NCBI GenBank assembly: GCA_964449215.1 | Contig: CAYVAH010000013.1 | Coordinates: forward strand, 1 to 17,592 | DNA from: Candidatus Undinarchaeota archaeon | GTDB lineage: Archaea > SpSt-1190 | DNA length: 17,592 nucleotides | Direction: 5' to 3' | Shown: positions 1-8,611 of the stretch, piece after piece | Layout: the number at the start of each line of letters is the position of its first letter | How positions within the stretch are numbered: position 1 is the stretch's first letter | The notes under the pieces: generated by a model | What the model saw: only the letters and a program-made list of their open reading frames with translations | Database searches by the model: none | What the model was told of the DNA's origin: nothing | Translations under genes and position numbers: made by a program

Positions 1-156
1 CCATTCCCCCCAAAGTTCTTGAATCCTATCATCTCCCAAAAGTCCTCGAAGCGGGGCGTTTGGGGCCCTACCATCAGGATCGATATCCCGATCATCCAGG
101 GAGCCACACCCTTCTCTATAAAAGTCTTCAGGGTCACCCAACGGATTCCAGGGCAT
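1..156 (-). CDS. 5' part of a gene running off the left edge; frame ambiguous
   Basis: Two minus-strand frames are open to position 1: ATG at 156 (MPWNPLGDPEDFYREG...) and GTG at 137 (MTLKTFIEKGVAPWMIGISILMVGP...). AT-rich TATA-like sequence lies upstream at about 169-190. The frame cannot be decided from this window. Confidence 0.4.
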   Translation of the reverse strand, partial: MPWNPLGDPEDFYREGCGSLDDRDIDPDGRAPNAPLRGLLGDDRIQELWGEW

Positions 157-191
157 ATTATGTCGTAGTTATATAACATTTATAATATTTA

Positions 192-332
192 CTATTCAAT
201 GATAACATCGTCCTGGAGACCGGGAACTTCTAGGCGGGCCAGCTTCTCGAACTCGTCAATCCTCTGCTCCAGACGGTAAAGGGCTTCCTTGCATTCGTTG
301 TAGAGTGACCGGATACTGTAGTTCATAACCAT
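192..332 (-). CDS. Small hypothetical protein (46 aa from ATG 332, or 44 aa from ATG 326), probably helical or coiled-coil
   Basis: Manual translation: MVMNYSIRSLYNECKEALYRLEQRIDEFEKLARLEVPGLQDDVIIE*. It fills the space between two AT-rich intergenic stretches and has TTTAAA at 350-355 upstream. It is below the ORF-track cut-off. Confidence 0.6.
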   Translation of the reverse strand: MVMNYSIRSLYNECKEALYRLEQRIDEFEKLARLEVPGLQDDVIIE

Positions 333-346
333 CCGGCACGCCCCTG

Positions 347-356
347 ATATTTAAAC
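347..356. promoter_or_regulatory. Palindromic TATA box (TTTAAA, 350-355) between divergent genes
   Basis: It lies 21 nt before GTG 377 (+) and 23 nt before ATG 326 (-), typical spacing for archaeal leaderless transcripts. Confidence 0.55.
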
Positions 357-376
357 CCCCCGCAGAACAGTGAGCC

Positions 377-1228
377 GTGAGGAAGTTCACCTTTGCTTAT
401 GTGGCCCTCCTGGCCCTTGTATCCTACGGAGCCCTGGCGCTTTTTTCGGAGGGCATAACTCTCCCGGGGTGGCGCATCGTGGCGGTGCTGTCGGCACTCA
501 CCATGGCGGACTACCTCATAAAGAGTTACAGGTGGAGGTTGCTTCTGAAACATTACGGGATGCACGTGTCTTTCGTGGAGGCGGTGAAGACCTACCTGGC
601 CGGGCTGATGTTTATACTCACCCCTGCCAAGGTCGGTGAGGTCGTGAAAGCCGAGCTTATGAAAAAGAGGCATGGCTTCTCGAGGAAAAAGACCGCCTTC
701 CTGACGCTGGTCGAGCGGGCATTCGACATGCTGGCCCATGTGATAATAGCCGGAGCAGGAGCGCTGCTCGTGGCAACCCAGTACCTCCAAAGCATCGGGG
801 CGGCAGCCCTGCTGATGGTCATAGGTGTGGCGGGGCTGTATGCGTTCAGACACAGGCTCTCCTTCATCCGCGACGAGCTTGAGAGGTTACGCGACGTCAG
901 GCTCGTGGCAGTGAGCCTGGTGCTGTCAGTGGTGTCCTGGGGACTCGAGGTCCTTGAACTCCTGTTGGCGGTCCTCTACTTTGGCAGGTCCATCACACTA
1001 CCCCAAGCCGCCTTCGCATTTTCCGGCTCTCTGATCCTGGGTAACATAACCCTGCTACCGGGAGGGCTGGGAGCAACCGAGGTTAGCCTGGCAGGATTGC
1101 TCATGCTCTTTTCCATCAACAAGGGGCTTGCCTCCTCAATAACCATGCTCATCAGGTTCACCACCCTGTGGTTCGGCTTTCTTGTGGGGGCAGCCATGTG
1201 GTTCCTGACCTTCCACAAAAAACTTTGA
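377..1228 (+). CDS. UPF0104 / lysylphosphatidylglycerol-synthase-TM family flippase-like membrane protein (AglD2-like)
   Basis: 283 aa, multi-pass. Family motifs: RWRLLL, TPAKVGEVVKA, ERAFD, LPGGLGATE, IRFTTLWF. Confidence 0.9.
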   Translation: MRKFTFAYVALLALVSYGALALFSEGITLPGWRIVAVLSALTMADYLIKSYRWRLLLKHYGMHVSFVEAVKTYLAGLMFILTPAKVGEVVKAELMKKRHGFSRKKTAFLTLVERAFDMLAHVIIAGAGALLVATQYLQSIGAAALLMVIGVAGLYAFRHRLSFIRDELERLRDVRLVAVSLVLSVVSWGLEVLELLLAVLYFGRSITLPQAAFAFSGSLILGNITLLPGGLGATEVSLAGLLMLFSINKGLASSITMLIRFTTLWFGFLVGAAMWFLTFHKKL

Positions 1229-1244
1229 GCATTCCCCGAAACCC

Positions 1245-1262
1245 AAAAAAAAGTTTATATAA
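1245..1262 (+). promoter_or_regulatory. BRE-like A-tract plus TATA box (AAAAAAAAG-TTTATATA) for the surface-protein operon
   Basis: Consensus TTTATATA at 1254-1261, 21 nt upstream of ATG 1283. Confidence 0.75.
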
Positions 1263-1282
1263 TTCTCAAAACTAAAGGGAAC

Positions 1283-4200
1283 ATGCGCAGGTTAGTTTTT
1301 TTGCTGGCCCTGGTCTTCAGCGCCGGTTTCGCTTCTCTGGTGTCGGCATCGATAAACCAGACAGTGTTCGTGGTCAATGACAGTTTGTTTGTGACGGGGG
1401 GTGTTGACTCCTCAACGGCTGTGAGCGTGGACCTCTATAGCGGGAGCTCCCTCGTCAAATCCACCAGCTCAACCGTGACGGGAACGTTCAACATGTCACT
1501 GTCCCTGAACGTGAGTGAAGGCGACTATGAAGCCAGGGTGTCCGATGGCACCAAGACCATCTATTTTCCCATAAAGTTGCTCGGGGAACGGCTGAATTTC
1601 ATGACCTTCCTGATTCCTGGCATGAACCAGTTCATATACCAGAGCACACCGACCCAGATAACGACCGGTGGCGAAGGTGGGGGGAACTACACGGACCTGC
1701 TCACCCTCTCTCGATCCGGAACACTGTGGATGGGTTCAGATCCAAACCACACATATGTGCTTGTGGACACACGGAACAGCGGAGAATACGACACGCTCTA
1801 CAAGGATGATGATAACCAGTTCCTCCTGTATAATGACAGTGAGGACAGCACAGGATATGTTGAGAAGAGCAGGAGGCTCTGGGACGTGTTCGACAGCTAC
1901 GTCATTCCCTTCATGGACTCCTCCGGTTTCTTCCTCGCGAGGGCAACAGGTTCCCCGACATATGCTCCTGGCAGCACAGTTCATATGATAGTCATCACCA
2001 CGAATGAAACAGATGACCGGGTTTCTAGGACAGTGAATGTTTCCCTCAGGGACCCCGATGGGGGGGTTCCAGTATACAGAACAGGAACAACCAACTTGGA
2101 GGGATACCTTTACCTCAACTTCACTGCCCCGGGTGCAGGACAGTACCTTGTGCTGGTAAATGGCAAACCCACAGAAAGCATCCTCGTCAAGACCATTGAC
2201 CTGTTCGTCCAAGTCACTGACGAAGCGGGAAACCCAACGCGCTCTTTCAGACCAACGGGGGTGACAAAATTCGTCCTCTCCGGTAAAAGCAGCAGTGGAC
2301 CTGTGGCACTGAGTTCCCCCGCCATGAAGGTAATCTATCCAAATGGCACCGTGAAAACCATCACATTAAAGGCAGATGGGATGACCTACAGGGGAGAACT
2401 TTCACTCAAGGGCTTGAAGCCCGGGGAGTATGGCGTCGAAGCCATTGCGAGTTCAGGCGGTGAAACACAAAAGGCCAAGGCGAGTTTCTCAATAATGACA
2501 GCAAAGCCGGAAGCCATGGCAATAAATCTTGACTACATCGACCAGTATTTGACTGTCAACAACTTCGGTCTGGGCAAGAACATTACAATCTTGGTCACTC
2601 TCTATAATCTCTCCAAACCAATGATGATGGGGGAACCCTGCGCGGGCGGGAGCTGTATCCCCCTGGACGAAGGCCCGGGAGGGGAAAGATGCTCGGACAG
2701 GATAAGCCTGGAATACGTGCTGGACGAATATGGGCAGAAAGTATCCTTCCCGGAAGTTTCAATAGTGAATGTCTCAGAAGCTGCACCACCCGGAGAGGAA
2801 CCACCTGAAGGTGTGAAGAATCAGTGCATGGTGATAATCCAGACGGCCAACCAGTCCGGAAACTTCAAGGCATTCATCCGCATGGAACACCCGGAGTTCA
2901 CCGGAGAACAAGCGGTGCCCTTCTCCCTAAAAGCGCTCTATGCCATCGGCAATCCTGTTGACTCAGAAGGAAACAACTTCGGGTTCTTCAAGCCTGGAGG
3001 AACCGTGAGGTTGCAACTGAAAGTGAAGAACCTCGGGACGGGTAACTGGGTTAAACCGGACGAAATATTGGACCCAAAGCTGGTGGAAGTCAGGCAGCTC
3101 TGGCCGGGTTACAAGGACATGTTTGAAGAACCGGGGTATAACAAGAGTGTGGCAAATGAGTCAATCAGCGACGGAATCCTGATGTTCACTGCCCCGAACT
3201 CAGAAGGGTTCTATGAGATAAAGTTCAGGTTCAAGGCAAATCTGAGTGACAACCTGGTGGATGGGGAGGGCAGCGCATCCATAAGCCTGAAAAAATATTT
3301 CATTGACGGTTTTGCCACAGACTTCTACACACCCGGGAGCAACGTGACCCTGAGCGTGAGTGTGGTTGACGCGGACAGCGCTGGCTGGGGGTCATCGTCC
3401 TGTACGGGGTGTATCGGGCTCACCGCCAATGTGAGCAAGCTGAGAAACGAACAGACCGGAAAAGTTTATGGTACAGGAGAGTTTTCCTACACTTCCACCG
3501 CAATAACAAGTTCCTCATCAGGACTATCAATAACAATACAGACCGGAAATCTCGACCCGGGATGGTATTCTGTTGAATACACACTCTACGACCCTGAAAA
3601 CCCCTCTGCCACTTACATAGGATGGGGTGGTTTCGAGCTGCGAAATTTCTGGGTGAAGGTCATTCCCCTGAGACTTGAAGGGGGGAACTACACACCGAAC
3701 TATGAAGGGCAGTACTCCAACTTCACAAACATAACTTTCGGCATAATAGTAGGCGGCCCGATGGGAGGGGAACAGCCGGACTCAGTCTCCATTTCCTCCT
3801 TCGGACTTGACGTGTTTGGATATACAGTCGATACTCCGTCAGTCATAACCAATCAGGGAACAGGATCGGTGTGCATGGAGGAAGGATGCCTGCCCATGTA
3901 TCTCGTGACAGTCTGGGCAGATGCACCTCAGGACGGTCGCTACAGAGTGTCCTTCAAGGCAACGAAGGGAGTTAACTCCGACATAGGGACTGCCTGGATT
4001 GAGAAGTCCAGTTTTGGAGCGACGATCCTGTTTTACCCGGAGGACAGGAAATCGAGGTGGCCCGTTCCGTATGCAAGTGATGAAACCTTCCTCATAACCT
4101 TTGAAGGGTACAACGACACAGGAAAGCATGCGCTCAAGAATGTCACTGTGGACGAGCTGTTCAGCGAGAAAAAGGGCATGCCCGTGAAATTCAAGTACGG

Positions 4201-7174
4201 AGACAACTATTCAGTGAGCTGTGGTGGCTGGCAGTGCAACGTGTCATTCAACCTTACGGGTTTTGAAGGAAAGTACTTCATCGATTTCCAGGTGGAGGAC
4301 CAGGACGGCAAAACAAAGTCCAGCTCCCTTGAAATAGTCATACGGGACAAGATACTGGCAATTCCCCAGCTGGTGGAGGCATTCTCTAACGGAGAGCTCA
4401 ACCTCGAGCGGAGCTTCGGATGGCTCTACAACTCAGAGGACAGGTGCAACAACCGCATAGTATTGTCGCCAGACCAGTGCGACGTTGCCGGTTGGGAAGA
4501 CACGCTCTGCCTGAGCGGAATGAACTTTGAACTGGCTGAAAACAAGACAGCAGGCACGACGTATTACGGGGGAATGTTTCTCGTGACCGAACCGGGATGG
4601 GATTTCTGGAACTGGAAGATGGCAGGTGCAACAGACCCGAAGAATGTTTACATAGTTTCCAATGGAACCAACTTCTGGGTCAACTCAAACGAAAGCTTCA
4701 AAGGTCTGCCCCGCCGGAAGGAGGGGGATATCTTCGAAATCAACGGGACCAACTGGACCGTTGCTAAGCTGGAAAACGGGGAAATTGTTGTCAGGGCCCC
4801 GGATGGAATATGTGGCAACTATGAGTCCTGCGATGAGTGGGGCTGCAATTCTCTACCACTAAAAGTCGTCCCGCCCCAGGGATATGAAAACTTCAGCAAG
4901 TATTATTTTGGTGAAGGAAACCTCTTCTGGGTAGATATGGGAATGAATATGAAGAGCTGTGCGGACAGCGAGTTTCCGTTCGCAGCATTCCACAACGGGA
5001 CCCATCTGTGGGTCAGGGAACCCGCACTTATAGACGGAATCATGAAGGCCAACTTCTCGTCAGTGGCCCCGGCGGCGGAGGGCCAGACCATACAGCTGAA
5101 TGGCTCCAGCTGGGAGATCGTCTTCCTCGACTCGAATGAAATTAAATTCAGAGCCGTGGACAGGTTGTTCTCCGGGCACCACATAAACGCGAGTAAAGCC
5201 AGGGGAAAGAAGGTGAAGATTGGAGAAATTCAAGAAAGCATGACCAATGATAAGTCCGGTTTTGAGACCGGTGTGGACCTCGACGGGGATGGCTTCACCA
5301 ATGGCTCAATAACCTTTGTAATCTTCGAAGGGACAACTCCGGGGGTGTTCGATACCTTCGGATATGGGGTAACATCCTGCAACATAACTGACTATATTGA
5401 TGTCAACTCCCCACGAACGCAAAGGCAGGTGGGAGATGGTGACAATCTCACCCTGCTATCGATAACATCTCTGGGTGACAGAGTCCTGCTCTATGCTGAT
5501 AAACCGGGAGAAATGCCGTGGCTTGGAGAGTTCTCCAGCACCGGAACCTTCAAGGTCCCCGTGATAGTTACAGCGCCCAACGGGACATTTGTCAAGGCAA
5601 ATGTCAGTGCCGACAAGTTCCGCAAGACCTCCGAATCAGGGGACATATTCATAAGCCTCACCCCCGCACCAAACACAACCATAGATGGTGTGGGTGAACT
5701 GACAATAAACGCCAGCGAGCTTGTTGCCCAGGGAGGAACCGGAAACTATTTCATAGGGCTTATCGCGAATGCCAGTGGGTCACTGATAAAGATGGAGGAC
5801 TGGATGTGGCCAAACGTGTTCATCCGGACATTTTTCTCCAAGACGGACACAGGCAGGGGCACTTACCTGACAGGGTTCCAGAAATTCAAGTCATACAGAA
5901 GTGGATGGCCCATGCACCTGGAGGCGGATAATGAAACCGTAATAAGAGTTACCGAATTCAACTATGAAGATCCGTCTTCCTGTTCATTCACCCCTCCACC
6001 TGACAGAAACGTATCGGGAAGCAATCACACATACAGGTTGCTGGAGGACTACTGGATGTATGAGAACACAGGTAACAAGTCCAAGGCGTGGATAAAGAAA
6101 GGAAACTGTGACTTCTCGGGTGAAACCGCAATATCAGAAGGAGACACGTACAACTTTTCCTTCGGGGACGGAGCACTGGCACTTAAACTACTGAATGCCA
6201 CCATAAACCAGACAAGGATAGGTGTTGCAGGAATCAGCTTCCCGGCAACCGAAAGGATGGAGGGGCAGTGGACGCTGGTCGGGATAAATGCCAGCGGAAC
6301 GGTCATTGACCTCCTGATAGTGAATGAAACCATGGAGGTCTGCAAGGCCTTCAACCTGGAGGGCTGTGGCCACGCAGCTTACGTGTCATTCGACGGCAAC
6401 TTCTCTGGAAGCTCAAAGTATTCGGTCGGAGAGAACTTCACCCCCGGACTTTACATCCAGTATGTGAGCCCGTGGGGAGAAATTGTAATGGTAGGGGAGG
6501 GAAGCGGCGGATTCATAACAGACCGTGGAGAAGACAATGCGAATCAGTCATACCTGCTCTACGATGAAAACGCCACCGGGATTGACCTGAACGGAGACGG
6601 CCTTTACACGAATGTCTCGGTGCTGCTGTTCGATGACAGAAAGAACGGAGAAGCAAAACAGACCTCAATCATGATTGATGATGATAATGAACTCATACCC
6701 AGGCTTTCGATATACAACTCCTCGGGCACCTTCAACTACGACTATGGGTCCGAAGAGCGGGAAGAGGAGGAAGGAAGCCTTCCGGAAGGCGGATGGTATG
6801 GGCACATGTTCAACGTTTTATGGGACATTCCGGAAGCCACAGAGGACTCGGTAATAATGTTCATGCACGGCACAACCCCCGGCAACAAAATTGTCACTCT
6901 TCTCGCCAGGATATATGACTTCTACGGCAACCCGGTCGCTGGCGCCAATGCAAGCATCGCAAAAATACGCCGGTTCGGGCTGGTGCCAAAGCTCCTCGTC
7001 GAGGGCAGTGACTATAATGTGACTCCTCTGATAAACACAACGACCCAGCAAGGCTACGCAATGTTTGACCTTGATGGGAACTGGGAAGAAGGGGAATACT
7101 GGATAAAGCTGAACGTGACAAAAGGAGGACAGTCAGACCTGATAGATGGCTGGATGCACATAGGATGGTGGTAA
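1283..7174 (+). CDS. Giant secreted cell-surface glycoprotein (1963 aa) with repeated macroglobulin(MG)-like Ig domains
   Basis: Sec signal peptide MRRLVFLLALVFSAGFAS; many N-x-S/T sequons; recurrent [YF]xPGxxV ... Gx[YF]x[VI] modules; DLDGDG and DLNGDG Ca-loop-like motifs; paired Cys; no C-terminal TM segment. Confidence 0.85.
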   Translation: MRRLVFLLALVFSAGFASLVSASINQTVFVVNDSLFVTGGVDSSTAVSVDLYSGSSLVKSTSSTVTGTFNMSLSLNVSEGDYEARVSDGTKTIYFPIKLLGERLNFMTFLIPGMNQFIYQSTPTQITTGGEGGGNYTDLLTLSRSGTLWMGSDPNHTYVLVDTRNSGEYDTLYKDDDNQFLLYNDSEDSTGYVEKSRRLWDVFDSYVIPFMDSSGFFLARATGSPTYAPGSTVHMIVITTNETDDRVSRTVNVSLRDPDGGVPVYRTGTTNLEGYLYLNFTAPGAGQYLVLVNGKPTESILVKTIDLFVQVTDEAGNPTRSFRPTGVTKFVLSGKSSSGPVALSSPAMKVIYPNGTVKTITLKADGMTYRGELSLKGLKPGEYGVEAIASSGGETQKAKASFSIMTAKPEAMAINLDYIDQYLTVNNFGLGKNITILVTLYNLSKPMMMGEPCAGGSCIPLDEGPGGERCSDRISLEYVLDEYGQKVSFPEVSIVNVSEAAPPGEEPPEGVKNQCMVIIQTANQSGNFKAFIRMEHPEFTGEQAVPFSLKALYAIGNPVDSEGNNFGFFKPGGTVRLQLKVKNLGTGNWVKPDEILDPKLVEVRQLWPGYKDMFEEPGYNKSVANESISDGILMFTAPNSEGFYEIKFRFKANLSDNLVDGEGSASISLKKYFIDGFATDFYTPGSNVTLSVSVVDADSAGWGSSSCTGCIGLTANVSKLRNEQTGKVYGTGEFSYTSTAITSSSSGLSITIQTGNLDPGWYSVEYTLYDPENPSATYIGWGGFELRNFWVKVIPLRLEGGNYTPNYEGQYSNFTNITFGIIVGGPMGGEQPDSVSISSFGLDVFGYTVDTPSVITNQGTGSVCMEEGCLPMYLVTVWADAPQDGRYRVSFKATKGVNSDIGTAWIEKSSFGATILFYPEDRKSRWPVPYASDETFLITFEGYNDTGKHALKNVTVDELFSEKKGMPVKFKYGDNYSVSCGGWQCNVSFNLTGFEGKYFIDFQVEDQDGKTKSSSLEIVIRDKILAIPQLVEAFSNGELNLERSFGWLYNSEDRCNNRIVLSPDQCDVAGWEDTLCLSGMNFELAENKTAGTTYYGGMFLVTEPGWDFWNWKMAGATDPKNVYIVSNGTNFWVNSNESFKGLPRRKEGDIFEINGTNWTVAKLENGEIVVRAPDGICGNYESCDEWGCNSLPLKVVPPQGYENFSKYYFGEGNLFWVDMGMNMKSCADSEFPFAAFHNGTHLWVREPALIDGIMKANFSSVAPAAEGQTIQLNGSSWEIVFLDSNEIKFRAVDRLFSGHHINASKARGKKVKIGEIQESMTNDKSGFETGVDLDGDGFTNGSITFVIFEGTTPGVFDTFGYGVTSCNITDYIDVNSPRTQRQVGDGDNLTLLSITSLGDRVLLYADKPGEMPWLGEFSSTGTFKVPVIVTAPNGTFVKANVSADKFRKTSESGDIFISLTPAPNTTIDGVGELTINASELVAQGGTGNYFIGLIANASGSLIKMEDWMWPNVFIRTFFSKTDTGRGTYLTGFQKFKSYRSGWPMHLEADNETVIRVTEFNYEDPSSCSFTPPPDRNVSGSNHTYRLLEDYWMYENTGNKSKAWIKKGNCDFSGETAISEGDTYNFSFGDGALALKLLNATINQTRIGVAGISFPATERMEGQWTLVGINASGTVIDLLIVNETMEVCKAFNLEGCGHAAYVSFDGNFSGSSKYSVGENFTPGLYIQYVSPWGEIVMVGEGSGGFITDRGEDNANQSYLLYDENATGIDLNGDGLYTNVSVLLFDDRKNGEAKQTSIMIDDDNELIPRLSIYNSSGTFNYDYGSEEREEEEGSLPEGGWYGHMFNVLWDIPEATEDSVIMFMHGTTPGNKIVTLLARIYDFYGNPVAGANASIAKIRRFGLVPKLLVEGSDYNVTPLINTTTQQGYAMFDLDGNWEEGEYWIKLNVTKGGQSDLIDGWMHIGWW

Positions 7175-7175
7175 A

Positions 7176-8576
7176 ATGAGAAAGGCAATCACACTTGGTT
7201 TGATGATGGTTCTGGTATCCGCAATGACCGTGAGCGTCGAACAGATAGGTGCGGATCCGGGAAAAATAATGAAAGGTGAACTGTTCACCGTAACAGCAAG
7301 TCAATGGACGGGGAGCTGCACCAGTGCAGCCATAGATTTCTCAAACTGCCCCGTATGTTCCCTGCAAAATGAGGATTCCGTAAAGCCCATAACAGGACAA
7401 ACGGTATCCTGGACAAGTGTGGTTGCCAGCCAGACTGCTTCCAACCAGAAAATCTCCGTTTCGCTCAGCGGCTGCTCGCCCCCGGAAAGTGGAACCAGCT
7501 CGAGCTTCAACGTAATTCTGCCACCGGAAATCAGTGCAACTGTGTCCCCCTCTTCATTTTACAACCCATCAGGCTCAAAGCAGATAAGTCTGACCGTGGA
7601 AAACACCGGCGAGAACTCCGCTCAGGATGTTTATGCCTCAATATCCTTGCCCTCAGGGGTGTCCACCGGCGAAAGCACGAGCAAGAACCTCGGGGAAATT
7701 CCAGGCGGGGGGAGTACCGGCACCACCTGGACCGTTTCGTTTTCCAGCCCGACAACCTCAACCATAACTGTGACTGTCCAATCCTCAAATGCAGGCAGCA
7801 CCCAGAGAACAATATCCATAACTGCCCCACCAAGCGGGGAAGATGGTGGAGGAGGAGAAACTCCGGGCTGGGTCCCGGGAGGTGGAACAACACTCAAGTA
7901 TACGGTGGATTACGGTAACAAACTCCAGATCAACATAACATATGATGGAACATACAGCTTCCAGTGGAACAGGACCCTCTACAACATAAGCTTTGAAGCT
8001 AAAGCCGGCGCGAAGCTCTGGGCCGATGAGAAGAGCAGTGTCGCCAACCCACCGGAGGATATGTTGGTCTACAAATACATAGAGATCGAAGAGGAGGGCT
8101 CGGTGTCGGACATAGTCCTGAGGTTCGCAGTATCAAGGAGCTGGCTGGAACTCAAGGGCGCCGATGTGGAAAATGTAACAATAAAGAAGTATTTGGGAAA
8201 CGGAAACTGGAAAGAACTGGACGTGAATTACGTTGGAGCCGACGCCACCAAATATTATTATGAAGTAAACCTCGACAGCCTGTCGCTCTTCGCCCTCGGG
8301 ATAAAGAAACCCGCAGAGGAAGAAGAAGGAGAGAAGGTCGTTCAGGAGTGCCCACCCCCCACAGAGTGGAGCGAGTGCGAAAACGACAAGCAAACCCGGA
8401 CCGTTTACAAGCTCGTGGACGGGAAATGTGTGCCGAAGGTTGAGACCCGCGAATGCCCGAAGGCCGAGACGGTCTGGCCCTCCTGGCTGCCAAAGCTCGT
8501 GATAGCCTTCGTGCTGCTGATTCTGATAGCCGTTGCATACTACCTTTTCAGGCTCCGGAGCGGGGGAATTTGGTAA
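7176..8576 (+). CDS. Membrane-anchored cell-surface protein with CARDB/NEW3-like Ig domain, PGF-pre-PGF domain, TSP1-like Cys motif and C-terminal TM helix
   Basis: Signal peptide; LTVENTGENSAQDV...LGEIPGG (CARDB-like); VYKYIEIE...LRFAVSRSWL...WKEL...YYYEV...LSLFALG (PGF-pre-PGF); WSEC...QTRT; TM LVIAFVLLILIAVAYYLF followed by RLR. It starts 1 nt after the upstream stop codon. Confidence 0.85.
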   Translation: MRKAITLGLMMVLVSAMTVSVEQIGADPGKIMKGELFTVTASQWTGSCTSAAIDFSNCPVCSLQNEDSVKPITGQTVSWTSVVASQTASNQKISVSLSGCSPPESGTSSSFNVILPPEISATVSPSSFYNPSGSKQISLTVENTGENSAQDVYASISLPSGVSTGESTSKNLGEIPGGGSTGTTWTVSFSSPTTSTITVTVQSSNAGSTQRTISITAPPSGEDGGGGETPGWVPGGGTTLKYTVDYGNKLQINITYDGTYSFQWNRTLYNISFEAKAGAKLWADEKSSVANPPEDMLVYKYIEIEEEGSVSDIVLRFAVSRSWLELKGADVENVTIKKYLGNGNWKELDVNYVGADATKYYYEVNLDSLSLFALGIKKPAEEEEGEKVVQECPPPTEWSECENDKQTRTVYKLVDGKCVPKVETRECPKAETVWPSWLPKLVIAFVLLILIAVAYYLFRLRSGGIW

Positions 8577-8579
8577 GGG

Positions 8580-8587
8580 TTTTAAAC
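8580..8587 (+). promoter_or_regulatory. TATA box for the tRNA gene
   Basis: TTTTAAAC about 25 nt upstream of the tRNA 5' end at 8612. Confidence 0.65.
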
Positions 8588-8611
8588 AACAAGTGGCAGT
8601 GCCTTATTGAA

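Noticed and set aside
1283..7174. True alpha-2-macroglobulin protease trap
   Set aside because: No CxEQ thioester motif (only TGEQ, GGEQ and GCGH) and no recognisable alpha-helical TED region.
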